Of a DNA stretch of 64,000 bases, positions 10,340 to 18,805 are shown one piece after another. The number at the start of each line of letters is the position of its first letter. The first letter of the stretch is position 1. Under the pieces are notes generated by a model, which did no database searches, was not told the DNA's origin, and saw nothing but the letters and a program-made list of their open reading frames with translations. Origin of the DNA: Escherichia phage VEc20; the sequence record MN022785.1; one strand, 5' to 3'. The position numbers and the translations under genes are program-made.

Positions 10340-10647
10340 CGTAAATTCCCTGCAATTGGTATACTAACAATACGCCCAGTATCTAAAATTCGCTGATATA
10401 ATCTTTGCGTGTCTACGTCAGGCTTAACATGTTTAACTTCTATTTTATTAAACCAAAATTTACGTGGAGTCTCAACTAATCTTGGAATTCCTTTACCTAA
10501 AGCTAGTCGATACTGCTCTTTAAGAGTGGTAAATACTTTATCAGCAATCTTCCATTCAAAAAATACAGCAGGACGATGTTCATCAAGTGGAACTGGCGCC
10601 GTAAATCCGTCTTTGTCTCGGTAAACTATCGCATATACATAAACCAT
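10336..10647 (-). CDS. hypothetical protein (dda.1 position)
   Basis: 103-aa ORF. Confidence 0.55.
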   Translation of the reverse strand: MVYVYAIVYRDKDGFTAPVPLDEHRPAVFFEWKIADKVFTTLKEQYRLALGKGIPRLVETPRKFWFNKIEVKHVKPDVDTQRLYQRILDTGRIVSIPIAGNLR

Positions 10648-10648
10648 A

Positions 10649-11395
10649 TTATCCTCGGATAAGTTTAAAAATTGAACAATTTAGCGGGTATCCTCTTTTC
10701 AGTTTAAGTTTATCAATAAAAGACAAGTTTTGATACCGCTCTACACCTTGAATAATTTTATCACACATATCATATTGCATTTCTGCTTCTGACAACTTTT
10801 TCACAGTTTTCCAATCCGAGCCTTTAAGAAGAACGTTCAATTTAACAACTTCAGTTCCTTCTGCTATACGAGAACCATCAATACGAGCTTTGAGTGCTAC
10901 AATCGTTAGCTTAACGTCAGAGGTCTGTTTTGATTTAGAAAGCTGAGAAATGTGCTCAATTCGGTTTTCACGTTTTTTCTGTATAGCTTTAATTTGATTA
11001 TAAGTCTTTTTGATTTTAGCCCATTTCTTTTCATCTAAATTTAGTTTATAAACTTTTTTCGCAGATGAACGACCAATTCGCAAAGCAAATAAATCACGCT
11101 TTTCAATCAACTCTTCTAAAGTATAATCAGAACGAAATGTATTGTACTTTTTCTTTACTGCAATAACATTCCCTTTAATGTATCCAACGTTATTATCAAA
11201 ACGTTCTAATGATAATTTCTCTCCTTCAATACGATTATCAAAAGGTTCTCCCGAGTAAGCACAAACTTTCTGATCTAAAATGTTCTTAATGTAATTGAAG
11301 TCTAAGTTAAAATCTTTAGAACGTCTTTTTGCAGATGCCTGAGTATGCTCTAGACGACGTTTAATTTTACGAATTTGGTTATTAGACAGCTTCAT
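10649..11395 (-). CDS. hypothetical basic protein (srd position in T4 order)
   Basis: 248-aa ORF between dda.1 and modA; positional. Confidence 0.5.
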   Translation of the reverse strand: MKLSNNQIRKIKRRLEHTQASAKRRSKDFNLDFNYIKNILDQKVCAYSGEPFDNRIEGEKLSLERFDNNVGYIKGNVIAVKKKYNTFRSDYTLEELIEKRDLFALRIGRSSAKKVYKLNLDEKKWAKIKKTYNQIKAIQKKRENRIEHISQLSKSKQTSDVKLTIVALKARIDGSRIAEGTEVVKLNVLLKGSDWKTVKKLSEAEMQYDMCDKIIQGVERYQNLSFIDKLKLKRGYPLNCSIFKLIRG

Positions 11396-11427
11396 ATTTT
11401 TCTCACATCTTACGGACGGTTAACTAC

Positions 11428-11461
11428 TTATACTATAACATTTTTACTTTAACTTGTAAAC
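11428..11461 (-). promoter_or_regulatory. T4 early-type promoter upstream of ORF 10649..11395
   Basis: GTTTAC, 17 nt, TGTTATAGT on minus strand. Confidence 0.45.
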
Positions 11462-11471
11462 AACTTTATGA

Positions 11472-11500
11472 AAAATGCTTTAAAACTTTCATGGTATAAT
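11472..11500 (+). promoter_or_regulatory. plus-strand MotA-box middle-promoter-like element (aaaaaTGCTTTA, 12 nt, TATAAT), antisense to modA
   Basis: TGCTTTA at 11476-11482, 12-nt spacer, TATAAT at 11495-11500 preceded by TGG. Confidence 0.35.
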
Positions 11501-11517
11501 GAATCTAAGTCCTTCCA

Positions 11518-12120
11518 TTATAGATTAAATCCTTCAAAATCAAGAGTATAGATAGTATATGTTGAATACTTTTTGTACTCATATCTATCTGCAATTCTAA
11601 ATACACTTCCAGCTGGTATCATTACTTCTTGTTCATCTGAAACTAATTCCATATTACGATAACGATGACTATCCGGAAACTTAAAGTTTGGATTGTATTC
11701 TTTACAGCGTAGAGCTTTTATAGCATACTCCTGGAAATTGAATACCATAGGAGCTTTGAATTCAAAAATAACTTGTGTGTTATACTCTAAACCGGAAGCA
11801 AAATGTAGAGCTATATTTTTATCATATGAAGCTGATACTACTTTATCAAATATAATAGTATCAATTCCTTGATTTAACACCTGCTTAGTCTCAGCTGGAA
11901 CACCTCTCCAAAGAGGTTTATCGTTTGGAACCAAACGAGATTTGATTATTTCATTTAACCAAGAATGATCGTCTGGTTTATTAGTAATACAATGAATTAA
12001 AAGTTCAATTTCAGATAAATTAAACCCTTCAGAAAGTAATTCTTCACGAATAGAAGCACGCACCGATGCATCCATTGATTTTATTTTAAAATCTTTTAGT
12101 TGCATTACTGAGTATTTCAT
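11518..12120 (-). CDS. modA: ADP-ribosyltransferase ModA
   Basis: 200-aa ORF, size and position match; tandem with 207-aa ORF. Confidence 0.7.
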   Translation of the reverse strand: MKYSVMQLKDFKIKSMDASVRASIREELLSEGFNLSEIELLIHCITNKPDDHSWLNEIIKSRLVPNDKPLWRGVPAETKQVLNQGIDTIIFDKVVSASYDKNIALHFASGLEYNTQVIFEFKAPMVFNFQEYAIKALRCKEYNPNFKFPDSHRYRNMELVSDEQEVMIPAGSVFRIADRYEYKKYSTYTIYTLDFEGFNL

Positions 12121-12740
12121 TCAACTACCTCAATATCATAAACTTTAAATGTTCCAAATGAATCGTGTAATTTTTCTTTTGAAATAGAAGTTATTCTATA
12201 CTTTCCAATTGGAATCATCCATTCTTGTTCACGCACAATCATCATTAAGTTATCAGTACGCTCTGAATCTAGCCCATCAGTATCTTCATACGTGTACTTA
12301 AACTCAGTATTAGGAGAAGAAAGTATAATATCGCTGATATGGTCAGAATAATTAAAAGCTTTATCAGTTTTTAAGCGAAATATTATTTCAGTGAAATATT
12401 CAGCATAAGAAAAAGAACACGCTGTATGCAAACTAGTAGTAAATGAATCTACTCTGTTCGTTGAAAACACTTCTCCAACTTGTAAATCTTTAATGAGTTC
12501 TTTTGTCGATTTTGATATACCACGATATAGCTGATAAGGCGATTTAGTTAAATGCTTTTTAACGATTTTATTCAACTGCTGATGAAGAGCTTCATTCTTT
12601 TTGGCTTCCATACATTGCCAAAGAACTGACTGCTCAAAGTCAGTAAATTTTTCACAGACTTTTTTATACATATCATATTGAAAATCGACACTTTCAGCTT
12701 TTATAGATAACTGTTCAACATCTGCGAGATTAATAATCAT
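12117..12740 (-). CDS. modB: ADP-ribosyltransferase ModB
   Basis: 207-aa ORF, size and position match T4 modB. Confidence 0.7.
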   Translation of the reverse strand: MIINLADVEQLSIKAESVDFQYDMYKKVCEKFTDFEQSVLWQCMEAKKNEALHQQLNKIVKKHLTKSPYQLYRGISKSTKELIKDLQVGEVFSTNRVDSFTTSLHTACSFSYAEYFTEIIFRLKTDKAFNYSDHISDIILSSPNTEFKYTYEDTDGLDSERTDNLMMIVREQEWMIPIGKYRITSISKEKLHDSFGTFKVYDIEVVE

Positions 12741-12768
12741 GATAGCCTCCGTATACTTCAGAAGCTAT

Positions 12769-12796
12769 CATATCATCGTTAGAAAGGAAAGTAAAC
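12769..12796 (-). promoter_or_regulatory. T4 early-type promoter upstream of modB
   Basis: GTTTAC, 17 nt, TGATATGAT. Confidence 0.45.
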
Positions 12797-12807
12797 AACT
12801 TTTTGAA

Positions 12808-12990
12808 TTATTTTGCCCAGGGAGCCCAAGGCGGAGGGTCAAGATGGTATGAAGCTAGTTCTTCTAGAAGAGCATCTGGGGCTTCAATTCCATAATTCTG
12901 TAATACTATACGGTACTCTTTCTTATAATCACTAGAATCATTCTGGATATTCATAGAATGATTATCTTCTAACATCTCAAATAAATCCAT
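12808..12990 (-). CDS. hypothetical protein
   Basis: 60-aa ORF. Confidence 0.45.
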   Translation of the reverse strand: MDLFEMLEDNHSMNIQNDSSDYKKEYRIVLQNYGIEAPDALLEELASYHLDPPPWAPWAK

Positions 12991-12998
12991 ATTAATTC

Positions 12999-13469
12999 CT
13001 AGCGATAAAAACCAAAATAACGATTAGCTTCAATAATCTTTCTTTCTTCTTCGGACATTCTCCAGCGTAGTCCAACGTCAAAATGAGCCCAGACCATCTT
13101 AACAAATGCATTTATATCTTTAATATCTTCAATAATGAATGTTTTACTTTTCGAAGGTTGACTCGCTAATTTAACTTTATCATCTTCAAACAGGTCAAAA
13201 AGACCATATTCATGAGCTCTTTTATAGCCTTTAATAGTTAAAGCTTCAGAAGAAGAAAACGGTGAATCAGTATTCTGCAAAATATCTTCAGTATGCTTTA
13301 TAATTAGAATAATATTTTCTGGATATTTTCTTTCTTTTATATCTTTAATTAAAAAATCCGGATTTTCTGCTAAAGGAATAATTAATGAGCATTTTTTATC
13401 AAGTGCATTTACTGATTTACCTTCTTTAGACATAAATTCTATTGAATAATGTTTTGCTACTTCAATCAT
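12999..13469 (-). CDS. hypothetical protein
   Basis: 156-aa ORF. Confidence 0.55.
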   Translation of the reverse strand: MIEVAKHYSIEFMSKEGKSVNALDKKCSLIIPLAENPDFLIKDIKERKYPENIILIIKHTEDILQNTDSPFSSSEALTIKGYKRAHEYGLFDLFEDDKVKLASQPSKSKTFIIEDIKDINAFVKMVWAHFDVGLRWRMSEEERKIIEANRYFGFYR

Positions 13470-13626
13470 GTGATTTCCTTTTGCCTACTAATGGGCCGTC
13501 AGGAATTTTGTTTTCCTGGATATATTTCTCATTTTCTTCCATCATTTTACTGCCAATTTTAAGAAGCAAATCCAGTGCTTCATTTGCTTTAGCCTTGGCC
13601 TCTTCTAGCGTCATATCTCTGTTCAT
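13462..13626 (-). CDS. hypothetical small protein (54 aa)
   Basis: hand-translated; ATGA overlaps at both ends. Confidence 0.35.
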   Translation of the reverse strand: MNRDMTLEEAKAKANEALDLLLKIGSKMMEENEKYIQENKIPDGPLVGKRKSHD

Positions 13627-13826
13627 GATTTATCCCCATAGATATCTCTCATCAATTTAAGCGCTGAGCGTTCTAATTTCTTTTCTTTCTCAGCACTAAT
13701 CATTGATTTCATCCATTCTTCTGATTCGTTCTGCATTTCTTTATTTGCTTGTTCAACCCAACCATCATCAATATACATCGAGTTTGGTCTATTGAACCAT
13801 TCAAGCATCTTCTTCAGAGCTTTCAT
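13623..13826 (-). CDS. hypothetical protein
   Basis: 67-aa ORF. Confidence 0.5.
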   Translation of the reverse strand: MKALKKMLEWFNRPNSMYIDDGWVEQANKEMQNESEEWMKSMISAEKEKKLERSALKLMRDIYGDKS

Positions 13827-14298
13827 TTGTTTTACCTAAAACAACAGTAGGAGCATCATCAAATTCATGAATTTTGAGCAAATTTGGATGTAAACTATTC
13901 CATACAGAAGAAATAAAGTATGATAAAGCATCTTCACTCGCAATTATAAATTTATTTCCTTTATCTATTTTCCAACTATATACTGAATCGTACGAATAAA
14001 AAGATAAAGGTTTATCATTATATTGTTCTGCGCTAACATTAATGTATTCTGATTTAGTAAATGCTTCAATTGCTCTAAACGGAATATTTGGTACAGTTTC
14101 AATAATACCAATCTTTTTAAGTTTTATTTCAGCATCTTCTGGAACTGGCATTGAAACGAAATTTTCTACGAGATACATTGGGTCACAATAACCCTTATCA
14201 ATCATTACTGCTACAGTAATTGGAACATCTTTAGCAAATGACAAACTATTACTGCTAATATACATTTCAAACAAAATCGCTTCCATAATTTTCCTCAA
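13801..14298 (-). CDS. hypothetical protein
   Basis: 165-aa ORF. Confidence 0.55.
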   Translation of the reverse strand: MRKIMEAILFEMYISSNSLSFAKDVPITVAVMIDKGYCDPMYLVENFVSMPVPEDAEIKLKKIGIIETVPNIPFRAIEAFTKSEYINVSAEQYNDKPLSFYSYDSVYSWKIDKGNKFIIASEDALSYFISSVWNSLHPNLLKIHEFDDAPTVVLGKTNESSEEDA

Positions 14299-14633
14299 TC
14301 ACAAGATGTAGATGAACAACTAGAATCACAAGAACTTCCACATGAATCGCCCGTCCACACATGAACAGGAACATTAGTATCATATGAATCAGAACTAGAC
14401 TGTGTATTCTGCGTATTAGATGATGTAGGTGTTGACCAACGCCAAGGATTTTTATAATATTCCTGGGCTTCTTCATAAGTCATAGTAACTGCTTCTACTG
14501 TTCCATCTCCCATATAAACATATTCAACTACAGTTAAAGGAAGGTAGTCATTTGAAATAGGAACTACACCTTCTCCGGGAGTTGTAGAGAAAAAATCCGT
14601 AAAGAAACTTTTAAACCAATTAAAGATAAACAT
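14295..14633 (-). CDS. small membrane-anchored protein with Cys/Ser-rich C-terminal tail
   Basis: ORF track 14295..14678; start trimmed to ATG 14633 (TAATG overlap); hydrophobic N-terminus, tail [18 protein letters not shown]. Confidence 0.5.
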   Translation of the reverse strand: MFIFNWFKSFFTDFFSTTPGEGVVPISNDYLPLTVVEYVYMGDGTVEAVTMTYEEAQEYYKNPWRWSTPTSSNTQNTQSSSDSYDTNVPVHVWTGDSCGSSCDSSCSSTSCD

Positions 14634-14845
14634 TACAAAAAGCCTCTTTGAAATTCGACTCTTTGAAATCCACCCCAATCAGTGTATCGCATTTCAGCAT
14701 TGAACTCGACTGAACCATCTGCATGCATCATGAATGAATGCGTGACGATATCACAATCCCAGCTTTTCATACCCCATTTATCAGAGATAGCTTTATCAAG
14801 AACCTTCTGGAGGTCTTCATTTGGTTTAATCCAACGATTTAACAT
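14633..14845 (-). CDS. hypothetical protein
   Basis: 70-aa ORF with GAGGAG RBS. Confidence 0.55.
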   Translation of the reverse strand: MLNRWIKPNEDLQKVLDKAISDKWGMKSWDCDIVTHSFMMHADGSVEFNAEMRYTDWGGFQRVEFQRGFL

Positions 14846-14870
14846 AGTGTTCTCCTCTATAAGATATTTT

Positions 14871-14902
14871 TATTATACCACACTCATTTTGACATGTAAA
14901 CC
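14871..14902 (-). promoter_or_regulatory. T4 early-type promoter (GTTTAC, 18 nt, TGGTATAAT)
   Basis: perfect extended -10 on minus strand upstream of ORF 14633..14845. Confidence 0.55.
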
Positions 14903-14914
14903 ATAAAATGAAAA

Positions 14915-14936
14915 AAGGAATCCCGGAGGATTCCTT
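14915..14936 (-). terminator. rho-independent terminator after soc
   Basis: 9-bp stem aaggaatcc/ggattcctt, loop cgga, followed on minus strand by UUUUUCAUUUU. Confidence 0.6.
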
Positions 14937-14943
14937 AAATTAT

Positions 14944-15180
14944 TTAACCATCTATTGATGTAGGCGTAAACATTGCAGCATTCTTAGTTTTCCAGTCAGC
15001 TGCATCAGAAACTACAGTAGAATATGCTGCCTTTTCAGAAGGAAAGGTCTGATAATGAGAATCTGCAATACGATGCTCGTTAGAATAGATTTCAAACGGA
15101 ACAGAAACTTCCATACCTTTAACTTCTTTGCCTTCACCTGCTGGATGAGTAAAGGTCTTTATATTAACGAAACCACCCAT
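14944..15180 (-). CDS. soc: small outer capsid protein Soc
   Basis: 78-aa ORF; VNIKTF and HYQTFPSEKAAYSTV segments recognisable as Soc. Confidence 0.8.
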   Translation of the reverse strand: MGGFVNIKTFTHPAGEGKEVKGMEVSVPFEIYSNEHRIADSHYQTFPSEKAAYSTVVSDAADWKTKNAAMFTPTSIDG

Positions 15181-15210
15181 AATAAACTCCTTTATTGTTT
15201 AATTACAGGT

Positions 15211-15218
15211 GTATTTAT
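15211..15218 (-). promoter_or_regulatory. T4 late promoter TATAAATA upstream of soc
   Basis: plus strand tatttata = revcomp TATAAATA, about 30 nt upstream of soc ATG. Confidence 0.6.
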
Positions 15219-15389
15219 ATCAATCTTCAATGAAAACTTGTGCCAGGAATTCATGCTCATCTTGAATTTGTTTATATAAAGCCATTACAGCATTTATGTT
15301 AGAGCTATCTACTTTAAGTTGATAAGCATACCACTCATGTAAATTAATTAAAGCTTTTTGACGTCTAATAAATTCTTCTTTGGATATTT

Positions 15390-15599
15390 TCATTTTGAAT
15401 GCTCTATAATTAATTTTAAGGCTTCTTCACTGACAAAAATTTCGTCAGGACCTTTTTCTACAACCCAATCAACCCAATCAACCATACGAAGCTGATTAGA
15501 AAAGAGCTCACATACGAGCTCCTTGTCATAATCTTTAAATAGCTGGTCAATACGCTTCTTGCGGGCTTTCTTGAGCTGGCGTTTATTTAAACGAGCCAT
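15390..15599 (-). CDS. hypothetical basic protein
   Basis: 69-aa ORF between soc and 56. Confidence 0.5.
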   Translation of the reverse strand: MARLNKRQLKKARKKRIDQLFKDYDKELVCELFSNQLRMVDWVDWVVEKGPDEIFVSEEALKLIIEHSK

Positions 15600-16117
15600 T
15601 AATATCCTCTGTCTTGACGAGCGAAGTTTTCAGCATTTTTCAGATAATAAAGTTTAAAGATTTCCTCAGCTGACATTCCAAGAGCAATGAATTTATTCAT
15701 GAAAAAGTGAAATTGATCAATCAGTTCAAATTTAATTTCAAGCTGATCTTCGGGAGATAAATCTTGAATTTTCTTGGATTGCATTTCAGAATAACGTTTC
15801 TTCCAAGGTTTCCATACGGCAGAAGCTTCTTTTTCACCATTACTCATACCACCAAGAGAAGTATATAGCTCGCGAGTTTCATCTGCGATATAATCGTCTT
15901 GGTTTCGCAACCAAGCAAGAACTTCTCCTGCAGTTTCAAGTGAATCAGGATGACGATTTGTTTCTGGTTTATCATTAGCCAAACGAATCTGTAAAGACCG
16001 CTGCATATCAAGCATAACCTGCAATGGGTCAATATTGTGCATAATATTCTCAGCATATGCACGAGTTGCTTTATCAACACCTTCGATCAAATGAGCACAT
16101 TCATTAAAGTGAGCCAT
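15599..16117 (-). CDS. 56: dCTP pyrophosphatase gp56 (MazG-like)
   Basis: ORF track 15599..16210; true start taken as MAHFNECAHLIEG at 16117 with GGA RBS. Confidence 0.85.
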   Translation of the reverse strand: MAHFNECAHLIEGVDKATRAYAENIMHNIDPLQVMLDMQRSLQIRLANDKPETNRHPDSLETAGEVLAWLRNQDDYIADETRELYTSLGGMSNGEKEASAVWKPWKKRYSEMQSKKIQDLSPEDQLEIKFELIDQFHFFMNKFIALGMSAEEIFKLYYLKNAENFARQDRGY

Positions 16118-16188
16118 TATTTTTCCTTTCAATTCATGGATTAATAGATTAATTATACAATAAATATATAAAGCAATAAGGAGGACAT

Positions 16189-16389
16189 ATGGTACAAAAA
16201 TTAATGGCACTTGTTAATGCCATAAAAGGTAATAAGAAACGTATAGCTTTTACTATTTCTGCTATGATAGGAATTTTACTTTGGAATTTTGTTCTATCAC
16301 CTGTTGCAATTGCACATGGTATTAATATTCCAGTAGTTACTCTTGATACATTCGTAGATTTAGCATTTGCTTTAGTTGGGTTAATTTAA
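16189..16389 (+). CDS. small hydrophobic protein on plus strand (66 aa)
   Basis: canonical SD AAGGAGG 4-5 nt before ATG; hydrophobic segments; divergent from flanking genes. Confidence 0.45.
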   Translation: MVQKLMALVNAIKGNKKRIAFTISAMIGILLWNFVLSPVAIAHGINIPVVTLDTFVDLAFALVGLI

Positions 16390-17414
16390 ATCTTGGCATA
16401 TTTAGATAACCGCATTTTAGCCATCAACCCCTGGGCAATATTATTTTTCATATATTCCATAATTTGTTCAGGGGTTGCACCTTCCTTTCTAATCATATCA
16501 TTAACATCTTTTGATTTCCAGGGAGATTTATCCCAAAACATAACCCTTTCTCCTGCATCAACTAATTTAGTCATTCGCTTAATAGTGTCAGGATGACGAG
16601 GTTCATTATCTAAAACCCACACACGTCTATCTTTAAATGGAACAACTTCTAGGTCTAATTGACCACCTGTAATAGCTATACCATTTTCAATAAAAAGTGA
16701 ATCTATAGGTCCTTCTAGAACATATACATCACCATCTTTAACTCGTTCGACTCCATAGATTTTTGTTGCCTCAGGATAAGCTTTGATGGTGATATATTTT
16801 TGAGGAGCATCTTTCTTTAATGCACGTCCTTGAAAAGACTCAGCTTTTCCATTAGCATTATAAATTGGAATAACAAGACGAGGCTCAGGTATTTCCTTTT
16901 TATATGTTCCTGGTGCTATACTATTAACTAATTTAGGCCATTCAGTTGTAAACCAAAGATATTTCCATTTATCCTTTGGAATACAACGAGCTTTTACGTA
17001 TTTTATAATTGGATGGTCTTCCGCCAATTTATCTAGTCTAATGCATGACGGAAGAGATTTAATTATTTTCTTCTCAGGTTGTTTAGGAAGTTCTTTAGGT
17101 TTTTCTACTGGACGACTTTTACCTTTTTCTTTTCTTATTTCAAAGATATACTCACGATATAAATCAGGTTCAAACTCCTTTAAATATATTCCGATTGGTG
17201 CATGATAGTTACAGTTATAACAATGAATATTTCCTTCATTATTATCACCATAATACCATCCACGAGCTTTATTCTGGTCGGTTTTTGAATCTCCACAAAC
17301 AGGGCATCTAAACCGCAATTTAAAAGTTGAACTATTATTTACTTGTGTGAATTTAGGTAAATGAGCTAATGCACGATACGCAAACTCATTATCAATCCAA
17401 GGTATTGATGACAT
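16386..17414 (-). CDS. 61: DNA primase gp61
   Basis: 342-aa ORF; zinc-ribbon CPVCGDSK...CYNC and TOPRIM-like core; recognisable as T4 gp61. Confidence 0.9.
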   Translation of the reverse strand: MSSIPWIDNEFAYRALAHLPKFTQVNNSSTFKLRFRCPVCGDSKTDQNKARGWYYGDNNEGNIHCYNCNYHAPIGIYLKEFEPDLYREYIFEIRKEKGKSRPVEKPKELPKQPEKKIIKSLPSCIRLDKLAEDHPIIKYVKARCIPKDKWKYLWFTTEWPKLVNSIAPGTYKKEIPEPRLVIPIYNANGKAESFQGRALKKDAPQKYITIKAYPEATKIYGVERVKDGDVYVLEGPIDSLFIENGIAITGGQLDLEVVPFKDRRVWVLDNEPRHPDTIKRMTKLVDAGERVMFWDKSPWKSKDVNDMIRKEGATPEQIMEYMKNNIAQGLMAKMRLSKYAKI

Positions 17415-17416
17415 TT

Positions 17417-17581
17417 TTACTCTTCTTTTTCTTTAGATTCCTCTTTTTTCTTTTTAGGAATCTGCTCAGGACCTTTATTTACTACAGAGCCTGACGTTGT
17501 TCCAGTAGAGATATTTTCAGGATTACCACCTGAATCTCCAGCGACCATATCTTCTTTGATAAATTCTTTATATGTTTTCAT
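17417..17581 (-). CDS. hypothetical protein (61.1 position), 54 aa
   Basis: hand-translated MKTYKEFIKEDMVAGD...; stop adjacent to gene 61 start. Confidence 0.4.
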   Translation of the reverse strand: MKTYKEFIKEDMVAGDSGGNPENISTGTTSGSVVNKGPEQIPKKKKEESKEKEE

Positions 17582-17582
17582 A

Positions 17583-17939
17583 TTAACCTCTATTCATAAA
17601 AGCATTAAAAATTTGGTCATCAATAGATGGTGCAGTAATATTTTCTGCATCATTTAGCAAATCATTAATTTCATCAGATAGCATAACACATGTACCTTTA
17701 TTTCCTGTAATTGTTACTGCGCAATTACGAACGTTTTCTTTATTAAATTTTAGGTTAATATTTTCGTAATGAAAATCCTTTAATGCTGAATATATTTTTA
17801 AAATAAAATTGTCTTTTACTACAATAAACCCAACCTCACTATTAAAACGTGGTTCATGGAAACTGTAATAAACCTTTTCATCTATAAAATCGTATGAAAT
17901 TTTTTCCATTTTTAAATATGAAAATTCAGAACTATACAT
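17583..17939 (-). CDS. hypothetical protein (61.2 position)
   Basis: 118-aa ORF. Confidence 0.55.
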   Translation of the reverse strand: MYSSEFSYLKMEKISYDFIDEKVYYSFHEPRFNSEVGFIVVKDNFILKIYSALKDFHYENINLKFNKENVRNCAVTITGNKGTCVMLSDEINDLLNDAENITAPSIDDQIFNAFMNRG

Positions 17940-17951
17940 ACTAACCTCTAA

Positions 17952-18245
17952 TTACTCACCTACCACTTCAGCGATGATATTTTTGTTATTAAAGTTTTTA
18001 TCGCAATACAGAACATAATTATACTACATTACACCACCAGACTTAAGCTGTTTTTGCACTTCGGCTTTCATTTCAGGACGATCGCGCTCAACGATATTCA
18101 TAATATCTGCTTCAATTTGAGTTTCAACCTCAGTCTGATCAGCAGTCATAGACCATTCGCACAAATCTTTATCATAACCTGCCATAGCAGGCTGAGCAGC
18201 ACAAGAAGATAAAGCAAAAATTGTAGCAAAGATAAATTTTTTCAT
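17952..18245 (-). pseudogene. sp: spackle (61.3) homologue interrupted by in-frame TAG at codon 74
   Basis: 73-aa ORF with signal peptide ends at TAG (18024-18026); 23 more in-frame sense codons (YNYVLYCDKNFNNKNIIAEVVGE) run to TAA just before next gene's RBS; total 97 codons. Confidence 0.55.
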
Positions 18246-18271
18246 GATAATCTCCTCAGCAGTTTATGTTT

Positions 18272-18303
18272 ATATAGTATCTCAATTTCCAACAAAAGTA
18301 AAC
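18272..18303 (-). promoter_or_regulatory. T4 early-type promoter upstream of spackle homologue
   Basis: GTTTAC, 18 nt, TACTAT. Confidence 0.45.
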
Positions 18304-18305
18304 AG

Positions 18306-18563
18306 TTATTTTAAAACTTCTGCGTAATCACATGTTACAAACTGTTTCTCTAGCTTAACGATCTTACGAAAATACCTTTTACACTGACGAATCTGTCGCT
18401 TCGTAGGACGTACAGCAAACTTAATAAATTCAACTCGACCAAATGGAGGACTTTCTTCTGCTGGAATATCTAACACCAATTCCCACGTATCTGAAATAAG
18501 TGCTTTGAATTGCGTATTTTTCCTGACGTTATACGGAGTAGGTTTAAATAAAACAATATGCAT
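18306..18563 (-). CDS. hypothetical protein (61.4 position)
   Basis: ORF track 18306..18605; start trimmed to internal ATG to avoid overlap with dmd. Confidence 0.45.
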   Translation of the reverse strand: MHIVLFKPTPYNVRKNTQFKALISDTWELVLDIPAEESPPFGRVEFIKFAVRPTKRQIRQCKRYFRKIVKLEKQFVTCDYAEVLK

Positions 18564-18564
18564 A

Positions 18565-18747
18565 TTATCCTCGGCAATCCACTTCACACACTTTCTTGTC
18601 ATCAATGAAAGCTTTAACTAATGCTTTATTAACTTCGGCATATTGAGTAGTAGCCCATTGAACGTCATCTTTCATCATTGTAGTTTCTTTAGTAAACATG
18701 CTTTCATTCTTAAACCACCCCATAAAAACTACCTTTACCAATTCCAT
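18565..18747 (-). CDS. dmd: Dmd (61.5), inhibitor of host RnlA/LsoA toxins
   Basis: 60-aa ORF immediately downstream of gene 41; size and position match. Confidence 0.7.
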   Translation of the reverse strand: MELVKVVFMGWFKNESMFTKETTMMKDDVQWATTQYAEVNKALVKAFIDDKKVCEVDCRG

Positions 18748-18805
18748 AACAATCTCCTCATTTAACCAACAAGACTACTATACCATAGTCTTGTCAGCTT
18801 GTAAA

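Noticed and set aside
10649-11395. HNH-like signature (LSLERFDNNVGYIKGNV) in the 248-aa ORF
   Set aside because: No conserved His/Asn catalytic pair could be assigned by eye; pattern match too weak without a profile search.
13262-13330. Other plus-strand TGCTTTA MotA-box matches (e.g. 13302-13309) inside coding regions
   Set aside because: About 8 such heptamers are expected by chance in 64 kb of AT-rich DNA; only the 11476 site has both correct spacing and a perfect extended -10.
16150-16175. Late promoter (TATAAATA) for the plus-strand ORF at 16189
   Set aside because: The A/T-rich stretch has no exact TATAAATA octamer on either strand; a minus-strand MotA-like box is present but spaced only 9 nt from the -10.
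15599-16210. 203-aa long form of gp56 with hydrophobic N-terminal extension
   Set aside because: Internal ATG at 16117 has an RBS and gives MAHFNECAHL, the start I recall for T4 gp56; the extension is probably untranslated.
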